A stretch of DNA of 44,015 nucleotides from Bacteroidales bacterium. GTDB lineage: Bacteria > Bacteroidota > Bacteroidia > Bacteroidales > VadinHA17. The translations under genes and the position numbers were made by a program. Position 1 is the first letter of the stretch. Each line of letters starts with the position of its first letter. This document shows, in pieces, positions 18,325 to 28,058 of the stretch. The notes beneath the pieces were generated by a model. The model was not told where the DNA came from. It saw only the letters and a program-made list of their open reading frames with translations, and did not search any database. The stretch covers positions 1 to 44,015 of the forward strand of contig JADGPT010000003.1 of the NCBI GenBank assembly GCA_017882345.1. Direction: 5' to 3'.

Positions 18325-20385
18325 ATGCGATATTTTCTCTACTCATTAATAGTGGTATTTATTCTGAATTCTTCAAGCCTGGATGCCCAGACAGATATCA
18401 CCATCCATCGTAAGGATTTTAAAACTGATAAATCAGGATTTGAAGAAGCATGGAAACATGTCGTTAACGGAGATGCTTATTATGGTGAAAAAGGTATCTG
18501 GTACAATGATGCATATAATGAATATCTACAAGCTCTTGTTTATAATAATTCAAATTCCGAATTGAATTATAAAACAGGGGTGTCAGCTCTTTTCTCAGAT
18601 AATAAAGAAGAAGCAGGAAGTTTTTTTCTGAAGGCTATTGAAATTAAGAAAGATGTTGCTGAAGATGTCCTTTTACTCACCGGACGATCACTTCAATATT
18701 CCGGAAAATTTCAGGAAGCAATTGAAAAATTCACTGGTTACCTGAGCTCGCCGGGAAAGAAGAGTAAGAAGAACACATCATTGGCACGGAAATGCATACA
18801 GGAATGTAATTCCGCTATAATTATAACGAAAGATACAATGAGAGTATCAATAAAGAATCTGGGGCCAGATATTAACTCTAATTCTGACGACTATTCTGAA
18901 GTTTTAACTGATGACGGTAATACAATGTATTTTGCTACCCGTCGTCAACTTCCAAAATCGGGTAATCGCCATTCTGACACAAAATTTGATGAAAATATCT
19001 TTATTTCGCACCTGGCCTCTGGTTCCTGGACACCAGCCATTTCAGCAGGAAAAAACCTGACTACAAAGCTCAGTGAAGCACCTCTTTATATAAATTCAGC
19101 TAATGACATACTCTATGTTTATACCGGTTATTCAAATAATGGGGACATAAAAATGTCATTGAATAAAAAAGGAATCTGGAAAACTCCCGTAGCTATTCCG
19201 TATCACATAAATACCAGAGGATCAGAAACTTCATTTACAATAAACCCTTCAGGGAATGAGATTTACTATGTCTCCGATAATGCTAAAGATAATATTGGTG
19301 GTAAAGACATCTACTATATAAAGAAGATTAATTCACGGAAGTGGTCAAAACCACAAAATGCCGGGAGTATAATTAATACTATTTATGATGAGGAGGCTGT
19401 GAGATTTTCAAAAACCGGTGATACTCTGTGGTTTAGTTCCCGGGGTCACAACTCAATAGGTGGATTTGATATATTTTATAGCATTAGAAATAAGAATGGT
19501 GCATGGGATAGTGTAAAAAATGCAGGCTACCCGGTAAACTCTCCATGGGATGAGATCTTCTATAATCCTTCACAGGTTGATGACAGCTCATTTTATTTTG
19601 TTTCGAATCGTACAGGAGGATTAGGCGGAACAGATATCTACCACGGACAGATTTTGCCACCTAAACCTGTTGTCGTAATTCCACCGCCACCCGCACTAAT
19701 AAGGGATACCGTTTTAATTGTTGCACCACCACCACCTGTAGCCCCGGCCATCCAACAGGAAAACCCGGTTTTTCTTATAGGAAAAGTAAAAGATTCAGAG
19801 ACAGGTGAACCGGTATTGGCTAAAATTGACCTCAAAGATATTTCAAGCGGGGAAGTTATTGGAACTACTGCAAGTTCGGATGAGGACGGTAGTTACAGAC
19901 TGAAACTGCCTGCCAGGAAATCTTATGAGATTGATCTTCACGCAACAGGATTTCTATCAGAGACAAGACGTATTGATGTCCCCGATAACTGGTTGAAAGA
20001 AGTTTATAATCTTAATATTGAATTGATTAAGGTAAAGGTTGGCAAGAAAGTTGTACTGAACAATATCCTGTTTGAATCCGGGAAATCTATACTGACATCA
20101 GGTTCATATACAGAACTCGATCGTTTATTGAATATCATGAAGGAAAATGCTCAGATGAAAATTGAAATATCCGGACATACTGATAAAACAGGAAGCGAAT
20201 CACTTAACTTTAAATTATCGGGAGCACGGGCAAAAGCTGTTGTAGATTACCTGGGTCAGAAGGGCATAGACCGCTCACGAATGGAATTCAGGGGTTATGG
20301 TTCCTTACAACCTATAGCTGATAATGCCACTGTTGCCGGACGGGCTAAAAACAGAAGGGTTGAGTTTAAAATCCTTGAATTCTGA
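18325..20385 (+). CDS. OmpA-family protein with TPR, PD40 beta-propeller, carboxypeptidase-regulatory-like and OmpA_C domains (PorE-like architecture)
   Basis: Signal peptide ending A/Q, TPR-like helices, repeated YF.S....GG.DIY and N.G..IN motifs, C-terminal IEISGHTD...LS..RA..V...NRRVEF. Confidence 0.88.
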   Translation: MRYFLYSLIVVFILNSSSLDAQTDITIHRKDFKTDKSGFEEAWKHVVNGDAYYGEKGIWYNDAYNEYLQALVYNNSNSELNYKTGVSALFSDNKEEAGSFFLKAIEIKKDVAEDVLLLTGRSLQYSGKFQEAIEKFTGYLSSPGKKSKKNTSLARKCIQECNSAIIITKDTMRVSIKNLGPDINSNSDDYSEVLTDDGNTMYFATRRQLPKSGNRHSDTKFDENIFISHLASGSWTPAISAGKNLTTKLSEAPLYINSANDILYVYTGYSNNGDIKMSLNKKGIWKTPVAIPYHINTRGSETSFTINPSGNEIYYVSDNAKDNIGGKDIYYIKKINSRKWSKPQNAGSIINTIYDEEAVRFSKTGDTLWFSSRGHNSIGGFDIFYSIRNKNGAWDSVKNAGYPVNSPWDEIFYNPSQVDDSSFYFVSNRTGGLGGTDIYHGQILPPKPVVVIPPPPALIRDTVLIVAPPPPVAPAIQQENPVFLIGKVKDSETGEPVLAKIDLKDISSGEVIGTTASSDEDGSYRLKLPARKSYEIDLHATGFLSETRRIDVPDNWLKEVYNLNIELIKVKVGKKVVLNNILFESGKSILTSGSYTELDRLLNIMKENAQMKIEISGHTDKTGSESLNFKLSGARAKAVVDYLGQKGIDRSRMEFRGYGSLQPIADNATVAGRAKNRRVEFKILEF

Positions 20386-20478
20386 TAATCATCAGATAAT
20401 TTAAGGAAAGTATTTGTTTGCTTTGCAAAAAAATCGAATGTATCGGGTTTACTGTTTATTTTTTAAAACTAAGTTTTA

Positions 20479-21585
20479 ATGAAAAATACTGTTTTTATTA
20501 AATTTCACCAGGAGGCAGGCGCCAAAATAATTCCTTTTGCCGGATACAATATGCCTGTTGAATATGTTGGTATTACCGAAGAACATCTCACGGTCAGGAA
20601 TAGAGTAGGGGTCTTTGATGTTTCTCACATGGGTGAATTCTGGGTTACGGGTCCGGCTTCTCTTAAATTTCTTCAATATATAACATCAAATGATGTTTCA
20701 ACCCTCATTGACGGGAAGATACAATACTCTTGTTTTCCGAATGGTAAAGGAGGGATTGTGGATGACTTGCTGGTTTATAGATATAATCCTGAAAAATACC
20801 TGCTTGTAGTAAATGCAGCAAACATTGAAAAAGACTGGAAATGGTGTGTACAGAATGCTGAGCAATTCGGTTTGAAAGCAGGAAAGGAACTTATTAATGC
20901 TTCAGATGGTATTGCCCAGCTTGCTGTTCAGGGTCCGTTGGCGCTTAAAGCAATGCAGAAGCTCACTAAAACTCCTGTAGAGGATATGGAATATTATACA
21001 TTCAAGGTTCTGGAATTTGCAGGGATTAAGGATGTAATATTCTCTACTACAGGTTATACCGGTGCCGGAGGATGCGAGATTTATGTTAAAAATGTAGATG
21101 GACCAAAGCTCTGGAAAGCAGTATTTGATGCTGGTAAAGAATTTGATATCAAACCTATAGGTCTGGGTGCACGGGATACACTACGTCTTGAGATGGGTTT
21201 TTGCCTTTACGGCAATGATATCAATGATCAAACATCCCCGATCGAAGCAGGATTGGCCTGGATTACTAAATTCACTAATAGTAAGGAATTTATTGACAAA
21301 GCTCTGTTGATGAAACAGAAAGAGGGTGGAGTGGAAAAAAGACTGAAAGGATTTGTGATGATAGACAGGGGAATACCCAGACAACATTATGAAGTTGTAA
21401 ATGCTCAGGGGGAAACAATCGGTGAAGTTACCTCGGGAACTATGTCTCCTATGATGAAGCAGGGAATTGGAATGGCTTACCTGATCAAGAGTTACTGGAA
21501 ACCAGGCACTGAAATATTTATACGAATCCGCAATAAAGATCTTAAGGCAAAGATTGTGAACCTGCCCATTTATAACAAAAACTAA
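20479..21585 (+). CDS. gcvT: Glycine cleavage system aminomethyltransferase T
   Basis: [45 protein letters not shown]. Confidence 0.96.
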   Translation: MKNTVFIKFHQEAGAKIIPFAGYNMPVEYVGITEEHLTVRNRVGVFDVSHMGEFWVTGPASLKFLQYITSNDVSTLIDGKIQYSCFPNGKGGIVDDLLVYRYNPEKYLLVVNAANIEKDWKWCVQNAEQFGLKAGKELINASDGIAQLAVQGPLALKAMQKLTKTPVEDMEYYTFKVLEFAGIKDVIFSTTGYTGAGGCEIYVKNVDGPKLWKAVFDAGKEFDIKPIGLGARDTLRLEMGFCLYGNDINDQTSPIEAGLAWITKFTNSKEFIDKALLMKQKEGGVEKRLKGFVMIDRGIPRQHYEVVNAQGETIGEVTSGTMSPMMKQGIGMAYLIKSYWKPGTEIFIRIRNKDLKAKIVNLPIYNKN

Positions 21586-21627
21586 AGGCGTCAGGACACC
21601 AAAAATCACCAAGGAAGAACTTCTTGT

Positions 21628-22350
21628 ATGAGTAAAAGAAATCTAGAGACATGTTTTTCACCTGCTTTATTTGAAGCTGGGGCACATCGTGATTCAATCG
21701 TGGTGATTATTGACATTCTACGTGCATCATCAGCTATTTGCACTGCTTTTGCCAATGGTGCTGCTTCAATAATTCCCGTTGCAGAGGTGTCCCTGGCAAT
21801 GGATTACAAGTCAAGAGGTTATCTTGTCGCAGCTGAACGCGATGGCTTTGTCCTTGATTTTGCAGATTTTGGGAATTCTCCGTTTAATTTCACAAAAGAA
21901 AAGGTTGAAGGCAAAACTATTGTTTATAGTACTACAAATGGGACTGGTATTATTAATCTGACATTATCCTCCTATATGACAGTAATTGGTTCCTTCCTGA
22001 ATATTGGAGCAATTACGCGATGGCTGATTAAACAGGACAGGGATATATTGTTACTATGTGCAGGTTGGAAAAACAGATTTAATATTGAAGATACTGTTTG
22101 CTCCGGAGCAATTTCAGAAATTCTTATGAATAGCAATAATTTCACAACTATTTGTGATTCAACATTTGCTGCTATTGATCTCTGGTCGTTAGCCTGTCAT
22201 GATCTTTCAGGATATATTGAAAAAGCAGCTCAGCGAACCCGTCTGAGAGATAAAAACCTTGATGATTGCATAAAGTTCTGTCTTACACCTGATTTCACCG
22301 ATAAAATTCCCATAATGAAAAATGGGGTTCTTGTTGATAATATCCAATAA
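21628..22350 (+). CDS. 2-phosphosulfolactate phosphatase (ComB) family protein
   Basis: IDILRASS, AAER.G, D.GNSP, TTNGT, CAG......ED motifs. Confidence 0.88.
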   Translation: MSKRNLETCFSPALFEAGAHRDSIVVIIDILRASSAICTAFANGAASIIPVAEVSLAMDYKSRGYLVAAERDGFVLDFADFGNSPFNFTKEKVEGKTIVYSTTNGTGIINLTLSSYMTVIGSFLNIGAITRWLIKQDRDILLLCAGWKNRFNIEDTVCSGAISEILMNSNNFTTICDSTFAAIDLWSLACHDLSGYIEKAAQRTRLRDKNLDDCIKFCLTPDFTDKIPIMKNGVLVDNIQ

Positions 22351-22451
22351 ATATGTTCATACGGAATTAGTTAACAGAAGATATTATTATTTATATATTT
22401 TTGTATAACTCAGATACTAAATTATCCATTATTAATTATAAAAAGTCCTTT

Positions 22452-23522
22452 ATGAAAAAACACAATTTTTATGCCGGTCCTTCAATTCTTCCTCAGTATA
22501 CCATTGATAAGACGATTGAAGGGATAAAAGATTTTGCAGGTTCAGGGTTATCTGTACTTGAGATTTCTCACCGTAGCAAGGAATTTGTTGCTTGTATAAA
22601 CGACACCATAGCACTTTTTAAAGAATTGCTCGAAATTCCTGCAGGTTATCAGGTCTTGTTTCTTGGCGGTGGAGCAAGTTTACAGTTCGCGATGGTACCG
22701 ATGAATATGCTGAACAGGAAAGCTGCTTATCTCAACACAGGTGAGTGGGCAGGCAAAGCTCTAAAAGAAGCAAAGTTATTTGGAGAGGTAGTAGAAGTTG
22801 CCTCTTCCAAAGAAAAGCTATTTAATTTCATCCCCAAAAATTATTCAATTCCTTCCGATGCTGATTATTTCCATATCACAACAAACAATACAATTTATGG
22901 AACAGAGCTTAAGAAAGATCTTGATGTAAAAATTCCTCTTGTAGCAGATATGTCATCAGATATATTCAGCAGACCCGTAGATATTTCAAAATATTCCATT
23001 ATTTATGGAGGTGCCCAGAAGAACCTGGCTCCGGCAGGTGTCACTTTTATTATTGTAAAGGAAGATGTACTTGGTAAAGTAACCCGTCCAATTCCATCGA
23101 TGCTCGACTATCGGGTACATATTAAAGGTGAGTCGATGTTCAATACTCCTCCCGTGTTTGCAATATTTGCCGCACAACAAACCCTCACCTGGCTGAAAAA
23201 CCTTGGTGGTGTGAAAGCCATCCAGAAAATGAATATTGAAAAAGCAACAATTCTTTATGATGAGATTGACAGAAATAAATTATTCGTACCTACAATTGCT
23301 GACCCTGAGGACAGATCTCTTATGAATATATGCTTTGTTATGGCGCCGGAGTACAAAGAGCTTGAGAAACCATTTGCCGATTTTGCCAAAACAAAAGGAA
23401 TGCTTGGTATCGAGGGTCACCGTTCAGTAGGTGGTTTCCGTGCTTCTACCTATAATGCTCTTCCGAAAGAAAGCGTTGTTGCGCTTGTACATTCAATGAA
23501 AGAATTTGAATCAAAAAATTAA
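22452..23522 (+). CDS. serC: 3-phosphoserine/phosphohydroxythreonine aminotransferase
   Basis: NFYAGP, SHRS, GGASLQF, NNTIYG, DMSSD, GAQKN (PLP Lys), [15 protein letters not shown]. Start moved to ATG 22452 because the track's TTG lies in a TATTTTTG promoter motif (22396-22403). Confidence 0.95.
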   Translation: MKKHNFYAGPSILPQYTIDKTIEGIKDFAGSGLSVLEISHRSKEFVACINDTIALFKELLEIPAGYQVLFLGGGASLQFAMVPMNMLNRKAAYLNTGEWAGKALKEAKLFGEVVEVASSKEKLFNFIPKNYSIPSDADYFHITTNNTIYGTELKKDLDVKIPLVADMSSDIFSRPVDISKYSIIYGGAQKNLAPAGVTFIIVKEDVLGKVTRPIPSMLDYRVHIKGESMFNTPPVFAIFAAQQTLTWLKNLGGVKAIQKMNIEKATILYDEIDRNKLFVPTIADPEDRSLMNICFVMAPEYKELEKPFADFAKTKGMLGIEGHRSVGGFRASTYNALPKESVVALVHSMKEFESKN

Positions 23523-23585
23523 ATAATCATAATATTAAGAACTTTACGGGCATCTGCAGCCTTAATATTTAATATAAACATCGTT

Positions 23586-24506
23586 ATGAAAGTACTTGTA
23601 GCTACAGAAAAAGCATTTGCCCGGGTTGCAATTACTCAAATTCGTACAGTGACAGAGGCTGCAGGTTATGAACTTGTGTTACTCGAAAACTATAAGGATG
23701 TTTCAGATCTCCTTGCTGCTGTTTCGGATGTAGATGCCATGATCGTTCGGAGCGATCTGGTAACACCAGAGGTACTTAATTCGGCGAAAAAGTTAAAAAT
23801 CGTTGTCCGTGCTGGTGCTGGTTACGATAATCTCGATCTGCCTTCTTGTACTGCACACAATGTAGTAGCAATGAATACTCCGGGGCAAAATTCAAATGCT
23901 GTAGCTGAACTGGCATTTGCATTAATGCTTTATCATGCTCGCGGCGGATTCATTGGAAAATCAGGCACTGAACTAAGAAGAAAATCAATAGGGATTCACG
24001 CATTCGGAAATGTAGGGAAACATATTGCCGAAATAGCAAAAGGGTTTGGAATGGATATATACACCTTCGATCCTTTTGTCATTGAAAAAGATATAAAGAA
24101 GTATGGTGTTAAAGTCTGCAATACCACAGAAGAATTATACTCAAAATGTCAGTATATCTCATTACATATGCCGGCAAACGATAAAACCCAAAAATCAATT
24201 GGTTATAACCTGTTGAAGAAAATGCCTAAGGATGCTGTCCTGGTAAACACTGCAAGAAAAGAAGTAATTGATGAAGATGGCCTTCTGCGAATATTTGAAG
24301 AACGTCCGGACTTCAGTTACCTCTCCGATGTTACACCTGACTGTAGCGCCTTGTTTGAGGAAAAGTATAAAGGTCGCTTTATATTTACAGTAAAAAAAAT
24401 GGGAGCTCAGACGGAGGAAGCAAATATGAATGCTTGTCTCGCTGCTGCCAGGCAGATAGTTGACTATTTCAAAACAGGGAATGAAAAATATAAAGTAAAC
24501 AAGTAA
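23586..24506 (+). CDS. serA: D-3-phosphoglycerate dehydrogenase, short type III (Lys-type)
   Basis: VRAGAGYDN, NTPGQNSNAVAEL, AFGNVG, NTAR, KMGAQT.EA; directly downstream of serC; no ACT domain. Confidence 0.85.
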   Translation: MKVLVATEKAFARVAITQIRTVTEAAGYELVLLENYKDVSDLLAAVSDVDAMIVRSDLVTPEVLNSAKKLKIVVRAGAGYDNLDLPSCTAHNVVAMNTPGQNSNAVAELAFALMLYHARGGFIGKSGTELRRKSIGIHAFGNVGKHIAEIAKGFGMDIYTFDPFVIEKDIKKYGVKVCNTTEELYSKCQYISLHMPANDKTQKSIGYNLLKKMPKDAVLVNTARKEVIDEDGLLRIFEERPDFSYLSDVTPDCSALFEEKYKGRFIFTVKKMGAQTEEANMNACLAAARQIVDYFKTGNEKYKVNK

Positions 24507-24527
24507 AACTTAAAATATTATAATCAG

Positions 24528-25778
24528 ATGGCAGTTTTTAAACCTTTCAGGGGGTTACGGCCCCCTCGTGCTCTGGCAAAAGATCTGGCTTGTCTGCCAT
24601 ATGATGTGATGAATACTGAAGAAGCCAGAAAGATGGCGAATGGAAAAGAGTGTTCTCTTCTTCACATTACCAGATCAGAAATCGACCTTTCGGCAGACAT
24701 TGATACCCACTCAGAGCAGGTGTATAACAAATCAGTCGAAAACTTTGGTAAGTGGCAGAAGAACGGTTGGCTGATTAAGGATAAGACGCCCCACTTTTAT
24801 ATTTATGCACAGACAATGAAAGGGCGTACTCAGTATGGAATTGCAGGATGTGCCTCTGTCGACGATTATCTTAATGGCATTATTAAAAAGCATGAACTTA
24901 CGCGTCTTGATAAAGAACAGGACCGTATGGTACATGTCCGTGTCAACAATGCTAATATTGAACCGGTTTTTTTTACATATCCTGCAGTTAAAGAGATTGA
25001 TGAAATAGTAAATAAGATTGTCAACTCCGAAAAACCCGAATATGATTTTGTTGCAGAGGACGGTTTTGGCCACCATTTCTGGGTTATTAATAAAACGGAA
25101 ACAAACAAACTGATAGAAAAGCTGTTTACAGAAAAGGTGCCTTACACTTACGTTGCAGATGGTCATCACAGGACAGCTGCCGCAGCACTTGTTGGTAAAG
25201 AAAAGAGGGAGAATAATCCATCCCATAATGGGACTGAAGAATATAACTTTTTCCTTGCAGTTCATTTCCCTGCTGATCAATTACAAATAATTGACTATAA
25301 CAGAACTGTTAAGGACCTTAACGGTCTTACCACTAAACAATTATTAGAAAGGCTGGAAAGTGGATTTGTTATTGAGGAAAAGGGTAGTAAAAACTATAGA
25401 CCTAAAAAACTTCATAACTTCTCAATGTATATCGATGGTAAATGGTTCAGTCTTACTGCAAAAGCCGGAACTTATGATGACAATGATCCTATCGGTGTTC
25501 TTGATGTAACAATACTTACAACTCAGATACTCAGCCCTATACTGGATATTCAGGATCTCAGAAGATCGAAGCGAATTGATTTTATTGGAGGAATCCGCGG
25601 TCTCCGTGAGCTCAAGAAGAGGGTAGATAGTGGTGAGATGAAGGTCGCATTTGCGCTTTATCCGGTATCAATGAATCAACTCATTACAATTGCCGATTCA
25701 GGTAACATAATGCCTCCCAAGTCAACTTGGTTTGAACCAAAACTCCGCAGCGGACTGGTTATTCATTTACTTGACTAA
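24528..25778 (+). CDS. DUF1015 family protein (ParB/sulfiredoxin-like fold; candidate SerB replacement)
   Basis: PFRG.RP, PYDV, IKKHE.T, YVADGHHR, MPPKSTWFEPKLRSGL. Confidence 0.88.
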   Translation: MAVFKPFRGLRPPRALAKDLACLPYDVMNTEEARKMANGKECSLLHITRSEIDLSADIDTHSEQVYNKSVENFGKWQKNGWLIKDKTPHFYIYAQTMKGRTQYGIAGCASVDDYLNGIIKKHELTRLDKEQDRMVHVRVNNANIEPVFFTYPAVKEIDEIVNKIVNSEKPEYDFVAEDGFGHHFWVINKTETNKLIEKLFTEKVPYTYVADGHHRTAAAALVGKEKRENNPSHNGTEEYNFFLAVHFPADQLQIIDYNRTVKDLNGLTTKQLLERLESGFVIEEKGSKNYRPKKLHNFSMYIDGKWFSLTAKAGTYDDNDPIGVLDVTILTTQILSPILDIQDLRRSKRIDFIGGIRGLRELKKRVDSGEMKVAFALYPVSMNQLITIADSGNIMPPKSTWFEPKLRSGLVIHLLD

Positions 25779-25787
25779 CAGATATAT

Positions 25788-26453
25788 ATGCCACTCATTG
25801 CTGAAAACATAAGCTTTTTAAAATCACAGATCCCTTCATCTGTCAGGCTTGTTGCAATATCCAAAACGAAACCGGTAGGCGATATCATTGAAGCCTATAA
25901 TGCCGGGCAGAGATATTTTGGAGAAAATCGGGTCCAGGAACTTCTTAATAAAAAAGATCTTCTCCCAGCTGATATAGAATGGCATATGATAGGACATCTT
26001 CAGACCAATAAGGTTAAATCTATTGTGTCATTTATCAGTATGATACAATCTGTTGATTCATACAAACTATTGGTTGCCATCAACTCCGAAGCATTAAAGA
26101 TAAATAGGGTAGTAGACTGTCTGTTACAGATTCATATTGCAACTGAAAAGACCAAATCCGGATTTTCTGTGCCCGATCTTTATGAAAACCTGCAATCAGA
26201 GGATGTTTTACTTTTGAGAAATGTGAGGATCTGTGGTGTGATGGGAATAGCTTCATTTATATCTGACACAAATCAGGTTATGAAAGAATTCGCAAATCTG
26301 AGAGAGTGTTTTCATTCGCTGAAAGACAGTTATTTCAGATCCGGCATTTATTTTAAGGAGATATCTATGGGAATGTCGGGAGATTATGCAATGGCGCTTA
26401 AGGAAGGAAGTACAATGCTCAGAATCGGGAGCTTAATTTTCGGTAAAAGATAA
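25788..26453 (+). CDS. yggS: YggS family pyridoxal phosphate homeostasis protein
   Basis: VAISKTK (PLP Lys), FGENRVQE, WHMIGHLQTNK, SMGMSGDY, RIGS.IFG. Confidence 0.93.
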   Translation: MPLIAENISFLKSQIPSSVRLVAISKTKPVGDIIEAYNAGQRYFGENRVQELLNKKDLLPADIEWHMIGHLQTNKVKSIVSFISMIQSVDSYKLLVAINSEALKINRVVDCLLQIHIATEKTKSGFSVPDLYENLQSEDVLLLRNVRICGVMGIASFISDTNQVMKEFANLRECFHSLKDSYFRSGIYFKEISMGMSGDYAMALKEGSTMLRIGSLIFGKR

Positions 26454-26496
26454 GGACCTTCTAAAGATGAAACCCAGACTATCAGATAAAAGCTAA

Positions 26497-27012
26497 TTAT
26501 CTTTCAAGAATCGAAATCAGTTCAAAGATCAGAGGCTTCTTTTCATTATCCTGGGAAACCGGGCTTTCCTGAATTATATTAATAATTTCATCCTTTAATG
26601 ATTTGCTTAATTCATGTATCGAATCTTCAATTACTGTAAGACATTCAATTGCTGTTACATAGTCACTTGTAAGAAATACTCTTGCCAGATCGGGAGAATA
26701 AACTGAATAATTAAGACCTGACTGCCAGCATGATGATACTAACATGCTGATAGTATCTGGCTTCCATTCTTTCCTTATTTCTTTTATGACCTCTTCACAT
26801 GCAGTCTGATCTTTCAGATCATTAATAAAACCAGCAATTGTTTTTCTTATTGACATATCATCGGTTTTGTTATAAAAGGCAGTAAGTAAACCGATTGCAC
26901 CCTCAAAGGGCTTTTCCTTACGAAGCAATTCAATAGTGTCAGTTATCGAAATATTGTTATCTTTATTAAGTGTTTCAACAAGCTTCTTTAGCTTTTTCTC
27001 TGATTTTATCAT
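26497..27012 (-). CDS. Hypothetical all-helical protein, HEAT-repeat-like
   Basis: 171-aa ORF filling the gap, own TAACTTTG motif (27030-27037, minus), amphipathic helix pairs (LVSSCWQSGL, AIECLTVIE). Confidence 0.7.
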   Translation of the reverse strand: MIKSEKKLKKLVETLNKDNNISITDTIELLRKEKPFEGAIGLLTAFYNKTDDMSIRKTIAGFINDLKDQTACEEVIKEIRKEWKPDTISMLVSSCWQSGLNYSVYSPDLARVFLTSDYVTAIECLTVIEDSIHELSKSLKDEIINIIQESPVSQDNEKKPLIFELISILER

Positions 27013-27130
27013 CGTTAGCTAATTTGAGACAAAGTTAGAAATACCAGCAATTAGTTAAAGCTGTTTTTGAAAAATAAAAATATTATACTAATTTAGTCGT
27101 GAATTAGATTTGAAATTAAATATTTAGATC

Positions 27131-28054
27131 ATGAATAAAAAATATGGCATTTGTTCAAAAATTCTGGTGGTAGTTTTAATGTTCACCAGTCTGCTTATGG
27201 GCTGCAAGTCCGGAGGTACAAAGACAACTAAGGAAGATGTAAAAGTTAGTGTTCCAAAAGAAAATGCAACTGTAGTTGAAGATATTCAGCAGGCAGAAAA
27301 AATATTTAATGCACTTCCGTCACCCCTTGAGTCAGCTATGCTCATAAAATCGGCTGGTGCAAGGTTCGATGAGGCTCTGCTCAATCCTATAGGTAATGTA
27401 AATAGTTATGTGACGAATAAAAGCATGGCTCTTAATCTGGGAATTTATACCTGCGATTTAAGTTTTGCAAGTTTATATGAACAGACTCAGCTTATTATTG
27501 ATTATATGAACGCTGCCAAGAAAATGGCTGATGGACTGGGCATTCTTAAGGCAATTGAACAGTCACAAATTGACAAATTAGAGGAAAATATCAATAACAG
27601 CGAAGTTATTATGGAGATTGTAAGTGAGACTTTTATGAACTCTAATTCATATCTTTCAGATAATGGTCAGCCCGCAATTGCAGCAATGGTACTAGTAGGC
27701 GGATGGTTCGAGGGATTATATATTTCTACTCAACTTGTTGATTTGAAGGAATTTAATGGCAATAAGCTTGTCGGCAGGATTATTGATCAGAAACTTTCGA
27801 TCGACATACTTTTAAATTTACTTGAAAGCAGTAAGGGGAATCCTGCAGTTGATGACCTAATTGTTCAGGTTAAAAAACTGAAAGTCGTTTTTGATAAAAT
27901 ATCAATCACAACTTCAAAAATAAGACCAGAGTTTGACAAAGTATCAAATATGACAGTTCTAAAGTCAGAGGTTAAGACTGATATGACACCTGAAGTATTC
28001 AAGGAACTCTCAATAACTGTTTCGGAGATAAGAAAGACATTCGTAAATAACTAG
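27131..28054 (+). CDS. Hypothetical all-helical lipoprotein
   Basis: Lipobox LLMG-C at about residue 25, low-complexity tether, then PSPLE, ALNLGIY..DL, GGWFEGLY motifs. Confidence 0.8.
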   Translation: MNKKYGICSKILVVVLMFTSLLMGCKSGGTKTTKEDVKVSVPKENATVVEDIQQAEKIFNALPSPLESAMLIKSAGARFDEALLNPIGNVNSYVTNKSMALNLGIYTCDLSFASLYEQTQLIIDYMNAAKKMADGLGILKAIEQSQIDKLEENINNSEVIMEIVSETFMNSNSYLSDNGQPAIAAMVLVGGWFEGLYISTQLVDLKEFNGNKLVGRIIDQKLSIDILLNLLESSKGNPAVDDLIVQVKKLKVVFDKISITTSKIRPEFDKVSNMTVLKSEVKTDMTPEVFKELSITVSEIRKTFVNN

Positions 28055-28058
28055 CCCC

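Noticed and set aside
21628-22350. Coenzyme M biosynthesis
   Set aside because: Only a ComB-family phosphatase is present; no comA/comC/comDE in the window, and the family is widespread outside CoM producers.
22401-22451. TTG-started extension of SerC (similar cases for rsmE 33171-33188 and the BT_3928-like gene 40443-40472)
   Set aside because: The alternative starts fall in promoter motifs or in the upstream gene; downstream ATGs match family N-termini.
24732-25280. 182-aa antisense ORF inside DUF1015 gene (and 143-aa ORF opposite gcvT)
   Set aside because: Fully overlap well-supported genes on the other strand and have no recognisable motifs.
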